A DNA stretch of 26,347 nt from contig JAHFAI010000037.1 in NCBI GenBank assembly GCA_023250635.1, positions 1 to 26,347 of the forward strand, read 5' to 3'. Positions within the stretch are counted from its first letter, which is position 1, and every line of letters begins with the position of its first letter. The DNA is from Deltaproteobacteria bacterium. Lineage in GTDB: Bacteria > Bdellovibrionota_B > Oligoflexia > Oligoflexales > Bog-1112. A program made the position numbers and the translations under genes. The notes beneath the pieces were generated by a model, which saw only the letters and a program-made list of their open reading frames with translations, was not told the origin of the DNA and ran no database searches. Of this stretch, positions 1 to 8,376 are shown one piece after another.

Positions 1-2
1 AG

Positions 3-1901
3 TTGCTGGCTGAGGCGCGTAACCTTAAGGAAAAGGCCTTTAGCTCCCTTGCTTGTGGTGAAGAGGATCAGGAATATCGCCTTGGTTTTGCTGGCGAAGG
101 GGCACGCTTATTTGCCGAAGCCCAGTCGCTGGGGCTGGGGCGTGATGCCATCATCGCTTTGATTCTGGAGGGTTTTTTTCCTCTCTGCGCGCGTACTGCC
201 AGGCCCCAGCACAGCGCAGCTACTCTCCACGAGTGGGGCTTGCCCTATGCCTACGATAGTGCGCTTACCCACCACTTGGCAGGTTTTTTGCGGGGGCGTG
301 CGGTGGATGGAGTCTTGTTCAGTGGGGGGAGTTTGCGCCCTGCTCTGCTGCGCGAGCGTCTGGTCAACCTTTTGAACTCTTGGCAGGACTACCCCCTGCG
401 GCAATTGCTTAATCCTCACTATGAATTAGCGGTGTCCCAAGGAGCAGCGATTTATGGTGCCTGTCGGCGCTATGGTACGGGGAGAATTACTGCGGGATAT
501 CCCCGCACGTTGTATCTGGAAGTGGAGCAGGGCGCAAAAAATGCGCTAGAAAGCGCGGGAGATGCTGCTCAGGAAAAATCCTTACTGTGTCTCCTCCCCC
601 GAGGCTTTGCTTCGCTGCAACCCTTGGCAGTTTCTCTCGCGGCTCTGCATGCGCGAGTGGGCCAGGCAGTAGCGTTTACCCTCTATTCTTCCACCCGAGC
701 TCTGCACCAAGCAGGAGAAGTGCTTTCGGTCTTGCCCGAAGATTTGCAGCGTCTGCCGAGTCTGTCTACCAGCTTGGTCATGAGTTCGGCCGCTCGTAAA
801 AAAACTGGCGATTTGCTTGAGGTTGGTCTGGAAGTGCTGCTCACGGAAACCGGTTTAGTACAGCTCTATTGCTTAAGCAAGGAAAGCAGTGATCGTTGGC
901 AGTTGACCTTTCGGGTCGAAGAGTCGAACTCAGCGGCGGGGACTAGTTTAGCGCCGTCATCCGTGGAGGCCTTTAGTTTACCACCCGAAGTGGGCGGATT
1001 AATTCAGGGGGTTTTTGGCAAAAAAGAGCTGCCGCTGCTTGAACGACTCAAGCCTCAGCATCTGTGGCAGGGGCTGAGTAAGGCTTTGGCGGCAGAAAAA
1101 TCGCAGTGGAGTTTGGGCCAATTACGGGCAATGAGCGATTTGTTGCAAGCAGGAGAAACTCGGCGCGGGCGCTCTCTTCAGCACGAAATTTCGTGGCTTA
1201 GTCTTGCCGGGTTTTGTCTCCGTCCTGGTTACGGTTTGGCGGGTGATAGTTTTAGGATTGAGCGACTGTGGCAGGCCTATGGGCGGGGGCTGTTTTTTCC
1301 TCAGGAAAAGCGTGGTGAAGAGCAGTGGTGGATTATGTGGCGTCGGGTTGCTGGTGGACTCGAGCGCGAGTGGCAGGAAAAACTCTATAATAAGCTTTTT
1401 CCTCAGCTTCGTCAGGGGCAGGCGGGTCCTGAAGCTATTCGTTTGCTGGGCTCATTAGAGCGCCTTGACGTACAAAAAAAACAGCGTCTGGGGGGAGTTC
1501 TGCTTGAGCATATTGTTGCTGGTAAGAGTCGACTACTCGAACAAAAACTCTGGGCGCTCAGCCGAGTGGCAAGTCGCAGTCTTCTCTACGCGGGCCCCGA
1601 GTCAATTGTCCCGCCCCAGGTGGTGGAGGCTTGGTTTAGGGAGATAAGCCGTTTGCCGCGAGGATTTGTGGCGAACGGCTTGTTACTGAGCTTTATTGTG
1701 GCGAGCGGACGGCGAGTCGAGCTGCGTGACTTTGATATCAGCGCCGAAGCCCGTGAGCTCTTTATTGCAGAATTAGTAAAAAATAAGGCCAGCCCAGGAC
1801 AGATTAAGGTGCTGGAGGAGTATATCGCTGCTGATCGTGGGAGTATGGAGCAGTTGTTTGGTGAGCAGTTACCACCGGGCTTGCTCATAGTCTCCCAGTA
1901 G
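3..1901 (+). CDS. Hsp70-superfamily protein, 5'-truncated by the window edge: end of the actin-like ATPase domain, a divergent substrate-binding beta-sandwich, then a ~330-aa helical C-terminal extension of unknown function
   Basis: The ORF is open from the window edge. 'VDGVLFSGGSLRPALLRERL...LLNPHYELAVSQGAAIYG' aligns by eye with DnaK 'IDDVILVGGQTRMPMVQ...VNPDEAVAIGAAVQG' (C-terminal end of the nucleotide-binding domain), followed by an SBD-beta-like stretch. The remaining ~330 aa have no recognisable motif. Confidence 0.6.
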   Translation: MLAEARNLKEKAFSSLACGEEDQEYRLGFAGEGARLFAEAQSLGLGRDAIIALILEGFFPLCARTARPQHSAATLHEWGLPYAYDSALTHHLAGFLRGRAVDGVLFSGGSLRPALLRERLVNLLNSWQDYPLRQLLNPHYELAVSQGAAIYGACRRYGTGRITAGYPRTLYLEVEQGAKNALESAGDAAQEKSLLCLLPRGFASLQPLAVSLAALHARVGQAVAFTLYSSTRALHQAGEVLSVLPEDLQRLPSLSTSLVMSSAARKKTGDLLEVGLEVLLTETGLVQLYCLSKESSDRWQLTFRVEESNSAAGTSLAPSSVEAFSLPPEVGGLIQGVFGKKELPLLERLKPQHLWQGLSKALAAEKSQWSLGQLRAMSDLLQAGETRRGRSLQHEISWLSLAGFCLRPGYGLAGDSFRIERLWQAYGRGLFFPQEKRGEEQWWIMWRRVAGGLEREWQEKLYNKLFPQLRQGQAGPEAIRLLGSLERLDVQKKQRLGGVLLEHIVAGKSRLLEQKLWALSRVASRSLLYAGPESIVPPQVVEAWFREISRLPRGFVANGLLLSFIVASGRRVELRDFDISAEARELFIAELVKNKASPGQIKVLEEYIAADRGSMEQLFGEQLPPGLLIVSQ

Positions 1902-2681
1902 GGCAAAGGCTTTTTTGCCCTGAGGGCTTAAGCTATAGGTGTCGGCCGATACATACAGCTCGATATGACGACGAATCGCCCCCTCATCTTTCTCCGTACT
2001 CTGCTTCTGGATATAGGGAAATACCTGAGCGAAGTTGCCCTGGGCAAAGTCCAGGGAGTGAGAAATCGCGCTGGTGATGCGAGCAAGCAGTGGGCTATCC
2101 AAGCTGCGCTTTGCGACTAAAGCCCCTAGAGGAAGGGGGAGGCTGGTTTCTTGCTCCCAGCATTGGCCGAGATCGGCAATTTCGTACAGGCCAAGCTCGT
2201 GGAGGAGGAAACGAGCTTCGTTGATAATCACCCCAGCGTTGCAAATGCCGGCCTGCAGGGCGGGAACTATCTCACGAAAATTCATCGAGATAATTTCTCG
2301 CGGCTTGATCAGGGTCTCGAGGAGGCGATGAGCCATGGTGTGGGGACCGGGCGAAATAACCCTGCTTTGGCGAATTTCGCTGAGGGGGAGATTTTTTCGT
2401 CCAACCAGCTTTGGTCCCGCGCCGTAGCTGATGCCTGCGCCCACCGGCAAGAGTACATAGTCGCTGTGCAGGTCTTTTAGTATGGCCGCAGAAACTTTGC
2501 ACAGATCAACGCTGCGGCTCAGAGCCAGCTGATTAAGGGACTGAATATCGCTGATTTCTACGGAGGCAAGGGGCAGGGTCTGCTTGCTTAAGCCCTGCTC
2601 CCAGGCGGTGAAAATAAACATATCGTTAGGGCAGGGCGAATGAGCGAGGCTCAGCGGCGTGCAAAGTTGGGAAAAGTGCAT
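1869..2681 (-). CDS. mqnD: MqnA/MqnD-family menaquinone biosynthesis enzyme of the futalosine pathway, most likely 1,4-dihydroxy-6-naphthoate synthase MqnD
   Basis: 270 aa, periplasmic-binding-protein-like fold family. N-terminal 'SPCPND' motif and 'LPLPLGA' motif as I recall them for MqnD. MqnA versus MqnD assignment is from memory of the motifs only. Confidence 0.7.
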   Translation of the reverse strand: MHFSQLCTPLSLAHSPCPNDMFIFTAWEQGLSKQTLPLASVEISDIQSLNQLALSRSVDLCKVSAAILKDLHSDYVLLPVGAGISYGAGPKLVGRKNLPLSEIRQSRVISPGPHTMAHRLLETLIKPREIISMNFREIVPALQAGICNAGVIINEARFLLHELGLYEIADLGQCWEQETSLPLPLGALVAKRSLDSPLLARITSAISHSLDFAQGNFAQVFPYIQKQSTEKDEGAIRRHIELYVSADTYSLSPQGKKAFALLGDYEQARW

Positions 2682-2783
2682 AACAAACGTGGCCCCTTAT
2701 GCTATGAGCTGCAGGTATTGTAATCTATGTGGGTAGAGATAAGCTAGTTCTGGTTCTCAGTTATAGTATTACGTGGAGTATGT

Positions 2784-4424
2784 GTGGGAGTTCGTTTTAA
2801 GCATTGGCAAGCGCGTAGTTCTGCCAAGCCGAGCCATTACGCCGGCCTGGTGGAGCTCATCCATAGCAATCGTCAGTTTACCGCCATTCCCCAATTGGCC
2901 TACGGGGATTATGGTCTTGAGAAGATCATCGCTACCTTGCGTTCCGCCATTGCAAACAATAAGCGCATCGCCCTCTATGCCGATTACGATGTGGACGGGA
3001 CCATGAGCTGTGTCAGTTGGATCTGGTTTCTTAAATCCATCGGCTTTCATAATTTTGTCCACTATATTCCCAACCGATTTTCCGAGGGCTATGGGGTTAA
3101 TCTTAAGGCGGTGCAATATCTGGTCAGCCAGCAAAAAGCTGAGGTGATCATCACCATGGATACCGGGATTACCGCTAATATGGAAGCTGAGTGGTGTCGT
3201 CATCACGGGGTCGATTTTATCTGTACTGATCACCACGTTATTCAGCTCGAGAAGATGCCTGATTGTCTTATTCTCAATCCTAAAATGCATCCCGACCCCC
3301 TCTATCAAGAGCTCTGTGGTTGTGGGATTACCTTTGTACTCCTGCGGCAATTAGGTAAGTTTTTTTCACCGCCCGCATCCCTATGGCAGGATATTTTAGC
3401 GCTCACCGGTATGGCTACCATCTGTGATGTGGTGCCGCTCAATGGGGTAAACCACAAGCTTGCCCAGTTCGGGGTCCAGGCCCTGCTTACAAGCAAGCGT
3501 CCGGTCTTGCAAGAGCTGCTGCGGGCTGCTTCCCTGGGGGGAAGTGAGTTGGATGAAAAAGACATCGGCTTTCGCCTCGGGCCGCGGATCAATGCGGTGG
3601 GGCGTCTCGAACACGCCGATAAGGTGGTGCGCGCTTTTATTGAAGAAGACCCCCGGGAATTAGTGGAGTTCATGCATGTATGCAATGAAAAGCGCAAAAC
3701 CATACAAGCAAAGATCGTCGAAGAAGCACGGGTGGCAGCTAGACAATATGCTGACGATGGCATTTTGTTTCTCGGTGGCCAGTGGCACCAGGGGGTGGTG
3801 GGAATTGCGGCGAGTAAGATTGCCGAAGAGTTTTGGAAGCCGGTGTGGTTGTTTAATCGCCTGGAGGGGCGCTGTGTAGGCTCGGCCCGGTCGATAGCGA
3901 ATTTTAATGTCACTGAAGCTATGGTTAAGGCGGGGGCCTACTTCGAAAAATTTGGTGGGCATCATGCCGCCGGGGGCTTTAGTTTTCATCCCGACAACGA
4001 AGGAGCAATTCGCGAAACCTTGCTCGCCTACGCTGATGAGCAACGTGCCTTATACCCTGAGCGCTGGGAGAGTACCATCGCCTACGATTGTGCCCTGTCC
4101 CTCGACTTGGTGGATCTTGCCTTGTGCGAGCATCTCCAGGGCCTACGTCCCTTTGGTAATAGCTTTGCTGAACCGGTGTTCTGTCTCGAGGTGGCGATCG
4201 AAAATTCGGTGTTTTATAACGATCAAAAAACCGGTCAAGCTAAACATACGGCGGTGCATTTTAAGGATGGACGGAGAAGGTCCCAGAAGATCATGTTTTT
4301 TAATCAGGTGCATAGGGAACTTGCCGCTGGTGTTCAGGCACGAATTCTCGTTACGGCGAATAAAAACGTTTGGCGAGGCAATACGAGTTTAAGCTTGCAG
4401 GGCTGCGATTTTGCTCTTTCCTAA
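2784..4424 (+). CDS. recJ: single-stranded-DNA-specific 5'-3' exonuclease RecJ (DHH/DHHA1 phosphoesterase), GTG start
   Basis: 'IALYADYDVDGTMS', 'IPNRFSEGYGV', 'ICTDHHVIQ' (DHH motif) and 'GGHHAAGG' (DHHA1). Collinear with E. coli RecJ from N- to C-terminus. GGAG 5 nt upstream of the GTG. Confidence 0.9.
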   Translation: MGVRFKHWQARSSAKPSHYAGLVELIHSNRQFTAIPQLAYGDYGLEKIIATLRSAIANNKRIALYADYDVDGTMSCVSWIWFLKSIGFHNFVHYIPNRFSEGYGVNLKAVQYLVSQQKAEVIITMDTGITANMEAEWCRHHGVDFICTDHHVIQLEKMPDCLILNPKMHPDPLYQELCGCGITFVLLRQLGKFFSPPASLWQDILALTGMATICDVVPLNGVNHKLAQFGVQALLTSKRPVLQELLRAASLGGSELDEKDIGFRLGPRINAVGRLEHADKVVRAFIEEDPRELVEFMHVCNEKRKTIQAKIVEEARVAARQYADDGILFLGGQWHQGVVGIAASKIAEEFWKPVWLFNRLEGRCVGSARSIANFNVTEAMVKAGAYFEKFGGHHAAGGFSFHPDNEGAIRETLLAYADEQRALYPERWESTIAYDCALSLDLVDLALCEHLQGLRPFGNSFAEPVFCLEVAIENSVFYNDQKTGQAKHTAVHFKDGRRRSQKIMFFNQVHRELAAGVQARILVTANKNVWRGNTSLSLQGCDFALS

Positions 4425-4431
4425 CTCAAGC

Positions 4432-5439
4432 CTAACGAATTATTTCTAGAGTTTTCGCTTTTACGGTAATGGAGACGGGGGTAGTTCCGTAGTTCTCGCC
4501 ATCGATATTGATGGGCTCGGGGGCAGCAGTGTTGATTTCGAGGGTTTTGAAGGTCCCCGCATGCACTCCCCGCGCCGTAACATGGGAGCCATCCTTGGTG
4601 ACTCGTTGAAATAATGACAGCATCTTGCTGCGTCCCATCTTGGGAGCAAAAACTAAATCTAAGAAACCATCGTCTATTTTTGCGGCGGGAGCGAGAATCA
4701 GGTTCTTACCCCCATGGACGGTATTTTGAATCATCACAATACTGAGAGGATGATTATTAGCCTCGCGGGAAACCAGGGTGCTGCCATCGGCCTTGATTTC
4801 GGCATTTAAACCCTTGTTTTTAAGAATGTGATAGAGAATAGCCGCATTATAACGGTGCAAGCCCATCCAGCGCAGTTTTTCCGCGGTCAGATTAGCGCGT
4901 ACCCCCATCCCCAGACCAACCAAGTTGAGGAAGTAACGCTGTTCTTCTTTGCCCTCAGGATTACGAAAGGTGATTTGCCCCAGATCCATGGGAGCGCTGT
5001 TGCCAGCACCTAAAGCCTCGAGAGCGAGATCGATGCTGCTAAGCCCCAAATCCTCGGCTAAGGCATTGCCGGTACCACCGGGAATTATGGCCAAGGGAAT
5101 CGTAGGTGCATCGTCGCGGGCCATGAGTCCATTGACCACCTCGTGGAGGGTGCCATCACCACCAATTACACAAAAAGCATCGCGACCGGCGAGTAGGGCG
5201 TGCTCAGCTAATTCCTTAGCATGCCACGGACCTTCGGTTTTAAGGAGTTCGGCATCAATATGGTGATCTTCAAAAAACTGCAGTACTTTTTTGAGAATTT
5301 TCTGGGATTGCTGACGTCCTGCATGGGGGTTGTACAAGAGATAAACGCGGGTAAGCTGGTGTTTAGCAGCCATAGCGACTCCGTGCCATGAAGAGATAAA
5401 AACAAGAATGCAGGCGAAGGTACAGAGGAGACGACCCAT
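4432..5439 (-). CDS. YegS/BmrU/DgkA-type lipid (diacylglycerol) kinase with an N-terminal hydrophobic anchor or signal
   Basis: DAGK catalytic-domain motifs 'VIGGDGTLHEVVNGL' and 'GGTGNALA'. N-terminus 'LLCTFACILVFISSWHGVAMA'. GAGGG SD 8 nt upstream of the ATG. Confidence 0.85.
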   Translation of the reverse strand: MGRLLCTFACILVFISSWHGVAMAAKHQLTRVYLLYNPHAGRQQSQKILKKVLQFFEDHHIDAELLKTEGPWHAKELAEHALLAGRDAFCVIGGDGTLHEVVNGLMARDDAPTIPLAIIPGGTGNALAEDLGLSSIDLALEALGAGNSAPMDLGQITFRNPEGKEEQRYFLNLVGLGMGVRANLTAEKLRWMGLHRYNAAILYHILKNKGLNAEIKADGSTLVSREANNHPLSIVMIQNTVHGGKNLILAPAAKIDDGFLDLVFAPKMGRSKMLSLFQRVTKDGSHVTARGVHAGTFKTLEINTAAPEPINIDGENYGTTPVSITVKAKTLEIIR

Positions 5440-5541
5440 TGTTTAGCCCTCGAAACGTATTGTTTCATCACTATCGGGCAAAGTGAGCCTATAGCACAAG
5501 TTGGATATTTTTAGGGAGCATAGTTTTTCGCCAGCTTAGTG

Positions 5542-5547
5542 TATAAT
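5542..5547 (+). promoter_or_regulatory. candidate -10 hexamer TATAAT for the downstream beta-barrel protein gene
   Basis: Consensus TATAAT (preceded by 'gtg') ~50 nt upstream of the ATG at 5596. The -35 element is not convincing. Confidence 0.3.
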
Positions 5548-5595
5548 AAAGAAAATTTTCTCGCCGTAAACGTGTTCTTCAATAGGGGACGAAGT

Positions 5596-6345
5596 ATGAG
5601 TAAGCAAGGTTTTCACGCAATGGGATTAATCGGGGGATTGTTGCTTGCCGGAGCGGCAGCAGCCGAGGTAAAAGTAGACCTTGGGTACGCGCATAGTACT
5701 AATCAGATCGGTTCGATGGTTATCGGCTCAGCTTATAACGGGGCGGTGCTTGGTTTGTCTGGCTCCACTGCCAAAGGCCTCTATTATGATGGCTCCTTTC
5801 TCTATGCTATTGGCACTACTAAGACGAGTGATTTTAATCCGCTGCTTGCAGGAGCAAGTAGCTCCGAGGGAACCCTGAAAGGTAGCTGGGGGCAGGCAAA
5901 GCTCGGGCTTGGCTACCGTCTCTGGCAAGATCAGGCGTTTAGCTTGACCCCGCTTATTCGTGCTCAAACCAATATGATGAACAATACTTATGCTAGTGCG
6001 CAGATAAACTCAGATCTCGATTTAGCCGTTTATAGTTTGGCTGTAGGAGCGCGTCTTGAATATAGCCCTGTAGCAGAGTTCACTTTTGCTGCGGAAGGTG
6101 CTTATGCCAAAGCTCTGGCGGGTTCTCTCTCGGGAAAAACATCTATTGCCGGAACGAGCGTCGCCGCTACGGCTGATGTGGAACTTGGCGGCTTCTTCAT
6201 TATGGGCATAGAGGTGGGTTATCGCCCGCATACTATGTACGGAGCCTTCCTTAAGTGGGGTCGTCTGCAGGAGTCTCTTCTTAGCGACAGTATCTTGAGC
6301 TTGAGTCATTCAGACTTAATGATCGGCGCGAGTTGTTTTCTGTAG
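5596..6345 (+). CDS. putative secreted/outer-membrane beta-barrel protein (signal peptide plus alternating amphipathic strands)
   Basis: 'MSKQGFHAMGLIGGLLLAGAAAA' signal peptide. Gly/Ser/Tyr-rich alternating pattern typical of a small OM beta-barrel. AGGGGA SD 7 nt upstream of the ATG at 5596. The longer ORF beginning at the 5539 GTG lies inside the TATAAT box. The C-terminus is not the canonical terminal Phe, and the 3' end overlaps aroQ by 30 nt. Confidence 0.45.
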   Translation: MSKQGFHAMGLIGGLLLAGAAAAEVKVDLGYAHSTNQIGSMVIGSAYNGAVLGLSGSTAKGLYYDGSFLYAIGTTKTSDFNPLLAGASSSEGTLKGSWGQAKLGLGYRLWQDQAFSLTPLIRAQTNMMNNTYASAQINSDLDLAVYSLAVGARLEYSPVAEFTFAAEGAYAKALAGSLSGKTSIAGTSVAATADVELGGFFIMGIEVGYRPHTMYGAFLKWGRLQESLLSDSILSLSHSDLMIGASCFL

Positions 6346-6807
6346 CAGCTGGGCGAGGAGGGCGGTAAATCCGGCAAGATAAGAATCGGCGCCGAAGCCA
6401 TAGACAACTCCGAGGGCGTGGGGAGCGCTGTAGGAATGCTGGCGCAGCGCTTCTCGTCGTGCCAGGTTGGAGAGATGCACCTCCACAAAGGGCAGCTGCA
6501 AGGCTGCTAAGCGGTCTCCCAGAGCTAGGGAGCTGTGGGTCCAGGCTCCTGGATTGATCAGGGCGCCATCCCAGGGTTCGGCGCTGAGCTGCGCCAAAAA
6601 ATGCTCCTCGCTGTTCGTTTGAAAAAAACTCAAGCCACAGGGGGCAAAACCAAAGAGCTGAGGCAGGCTCTGATTAAACTGTTCGAGTCGCTTGTAGATC
6701 TCCCCTAGGGGGAGCTTCCCGTAGAGTTCAGGTTGGCGGCTGCCGAGCAGATCAAGGTTCACGCCGTTAGCGATCAGGAGGCGAGGGGAGTGCGCTGTAC
6801 TATGCAT
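6316..6807 (-). CDS. aroQ: type II 3-dehydroquinate dehydratase
   Basis: 'RLLIANGVNLDLLG...LINPGAWTHSS...VEVHLSN' matches type II DHQase motifs. Start chosen at the second Met (6807), 4 nt after the cinA stop. The longest ORF (6837) would overlap cinA by 26 nt. Confidence 0.88.
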   Translation of the reverse strand: MHSTAHSPRLLIANGVNLDLLGSRQPELYGKLPLGEIYKRLEQFNQSLPQLFGFAPCGLSFFQTNSEEHFLAQLSAEPWDGALINPGAWTHSSLALGDRLAALQLPFVEVHLSNLARREALRQHSYSAPHALGVVYGFGADSYLAGFTALLAQLLQKTTRADH

Positions 6808-6811
6808 AGGC

Positions 6812-7327
6812 TTAAGCCATTCCTTGTAAATATTCAAAAATATGCCAAGCGGTGTTTAAGCGTACCAACCAGCGGCTACCGCTAAAGTGCTCGCGAAAGC
6901 TCTCTTCAAGGGGGCGTCCGCTGCGATCGCTGCCAGAAATTGCCCAGCACACCGTACCCACGGGAATTGCCGCACTGCCGCCGCCGGGTCCAGCTAAGCC
7001 GGTGGTGGCGATGCCTAGATCACTGCCAAAAAGTCGGCGTACGCTCTGGGCCATAGCCAGGGCTACCTCGTGAGACACCACGTTATGCCGCTCAATCAGT
7101 TCGGCATCAAGACCTAAGAGTTTTATTTTTGCCTCAACGGTGTACGTGCAAACCCCGCCGTTAAATAAGCGGGAGCTCCCTGGAATTTCGGTAAACAAAG
7201 CTCCCAACAAACCACCGGTGCAGCTTTCGGCCAGAGAGAGAGTTTTGCCGATGTTTTCTAAGGTGCGAAACGCGTGCTGTGCAGCATCAATGCCTTGGCT
7301 GTAATTTTGTAAGGGAGCGGAACGCAT
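6812..7327 (-). CDS. CinA C-terminal-domain protein / NMN amidohydrolase PncC-like
   Basis: 'LSLAESCTGGLLGALFT...GGVCTYTVEAKIKLLG...LGIATTGLAGPGGGS' is CinA_C/PncC signature. GAGG SD 8 nt upstream of the ATG. Confidence 0.85.
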   Translation of the reverse strand: MRSAPLQNYSQGIDAAQHAFRTLENIGKTLSLAESCTGGLLGALFTEIPGSSRLFNGGVCTYTVEAKIKLLGLDAELIERHNVVSHEVALAMAQSVRRLFGSDLGIATTGLAGPGGGSAAIPVGTVCWAISGSDRSGRPLEESFREHFSGSRWLVRLNTAWHIFEYLQGMA

Positions 7328-7418
7328 GAAGTAAGCCTCAAAGAGGGGTGATTTTTTGATGGCCCTCAGTATAGTTTTAGTCCTCCCTAGGCACCGGGGG
7401 AAGCGAAGAGTGAAATTT

Positions 7419-7447
7419 CTTGCACCTCGAATCCCCTTTGGCTATAT
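7419..7447 (+). promoter_or_regulatory. sigma70-type promoter of the respiratory (cyt c4-cox) operon: TTGCAC-17 nt-TATATT
   Basis: TTGCAC at 7419-7424, a 17-nt spacer, TATATT at 7442-7447, ~75 nt upstream of the first gene. Confidence 0.55.
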
Positions 7448-7524
7448 TCCCACTGACCTGATATGAGAAAAAATACGAGTGGTAGACTCGAGATTTCTCC
7501 TTGACGATACCAGGAGGAGCCCCG

Positions 7525-8208
7525 TTGAAAGTGTTGCAGTGGTTCAGTCTCGCCCTACTGAGTGGCAGCCTTGGTGCCGCCGCTCCTCTAGGTGCGCAAA
7601 CGCCCCTCGAGCGTGGCAAGAAGCTTTTTAATCTCTGTGCCCAATGCCACGGAGATGGCGGAGCTGGTAATCACAAAATTGCCGCCCCAGCTATTGCCGG
7701 ACTTGAAGGGTGGTATATAGAAGCGCAACTTCACAAGTTTCATGATGGTGCTCGCGGTAAACATCCGCGCGATGAAGCGGGCAATCGCATGCGCCCCATG
7801 GCCTTTACCTTAAAAAGCAACGATTCTGGTGATGATATAGCCGCGGTTGCCAGCTATGTTGCCAGTTTAAGCAAGCCAAGCCCGGAGCAGCAAACACTCA
7901 AACAGATGGTACCGGCGACCTTGGTCGGCAATCCGAGCAAGGGACGCGAACAGTATGCGGTCTGCGTTGCCTGCCACGGTGATAAAGGGCAGGGCAATGT
8001 GCAGATGAAGGCTCCGGGCCTAGTGCAGCTTGACGATTGGTATATGCTCACCCAGCTTAAGCACTTTAAAGAGGGGGTGCGCGGTGCTGATCCGGCGAAA
8101 GATCCCCAGGGAGCACTGATGGTACCCATGGCTAAGAATCTTGCGGATGAACAAGCGATGCTCGACGTGGTTTCTTATATTAAATCCTTAGGGGGAACAG
8201 CACCGTGA
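7525..8208 (+). CDS. diheme class-I cytochrome c (cytochrome c4-like), exported
   Basis: Two CxxCH haem sites (CAQCHG, CVACHG), each followed by a Met-containing distal-ligand segment (RMRPMAF, MVPMA). Signal peptide 'LKVLQWFSLALLSGSLGAAAP'. AGGAGGA SD 6 nt before the TTG at 7525; the ORF track's 7501 start lies upstream of that SD. Confidence 0.85.
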   Translation: MKVLQWFSLALLSGSLGAAAPLGAQTPLERGKKLFNLCAQCHGDGGAGNHKIAAPAIAGLEGWYIEAQLHKFHDGARGKHPRDEAGNRMRPMAFTLKSNDSGDDIAAVASYVASLSKPSPEQQTLKQMVPATLVGNPSKGREQYAVCVACHGDKGQGNVQMKAPGLVQLDDWYMLTQLKHFKEGVRGADPAKDPQGALMVPMAKNLADEQAMLDVVSYIKSLGGTAP

Positions 8209-8342
8209 GTAAGCATACTTCTTCTGCTGGTCCCGTGGGTGATCATGGGCTGCATGTTGAGCACTATGTGCGCAAGGGCTTTGTTATTTTTGCGCTGATG
8301 GCCTTGGTTTTTATAGCTGCTGGGTTTGCTTTGATCGCCTAG
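8205..8342 (+). CDS. unlisted 45-aa single-TM small protein (GTG start overlapping the cyt c stop as GTGA). Possible small oxidase-associated subunit
   Basis: 'VSKHTSSAGPVGDHGLHVEHYVRKGFVIFALMALVFIAAGFALIA': His-rich N-terminus plus one hydrophobic helix. It fills the 168-nt gap between the cyt c and subunit II genes. Below the 60-aa cut-off of the ORF track. Confidence 0.35.
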   Translation: MSKHTSSAGPVGDHGLHVEHYVRKGFVIFALMALVFIAAGFALIA

Positions 8343-8376
8343 GAGTCCTCGTGGACGTGCAGGAGTTAGCTACGCG

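Noticed and set aside
3305-4043. Minus-strand ORFs of 202 and 127 aa inside recJ
   Set aside because: Antisense to a well-conserved gene, Ser/Arg-rich, with no start context.
5539-5595. Longer GTG-initiated N-terminus for the beta-barrel protein ORF
   Set aside because: The GTG sits inside the TATAAT box. The downstream ATG at 5596 has an SD and begins a canonical signal peptide.
7501-7524. TTG start at 7501 for the cytochrome c gene
   Set aside because: It lies upstream of the AGGAGGA SD (7512-7518). The signal peptide begins after the TTG at 7525.
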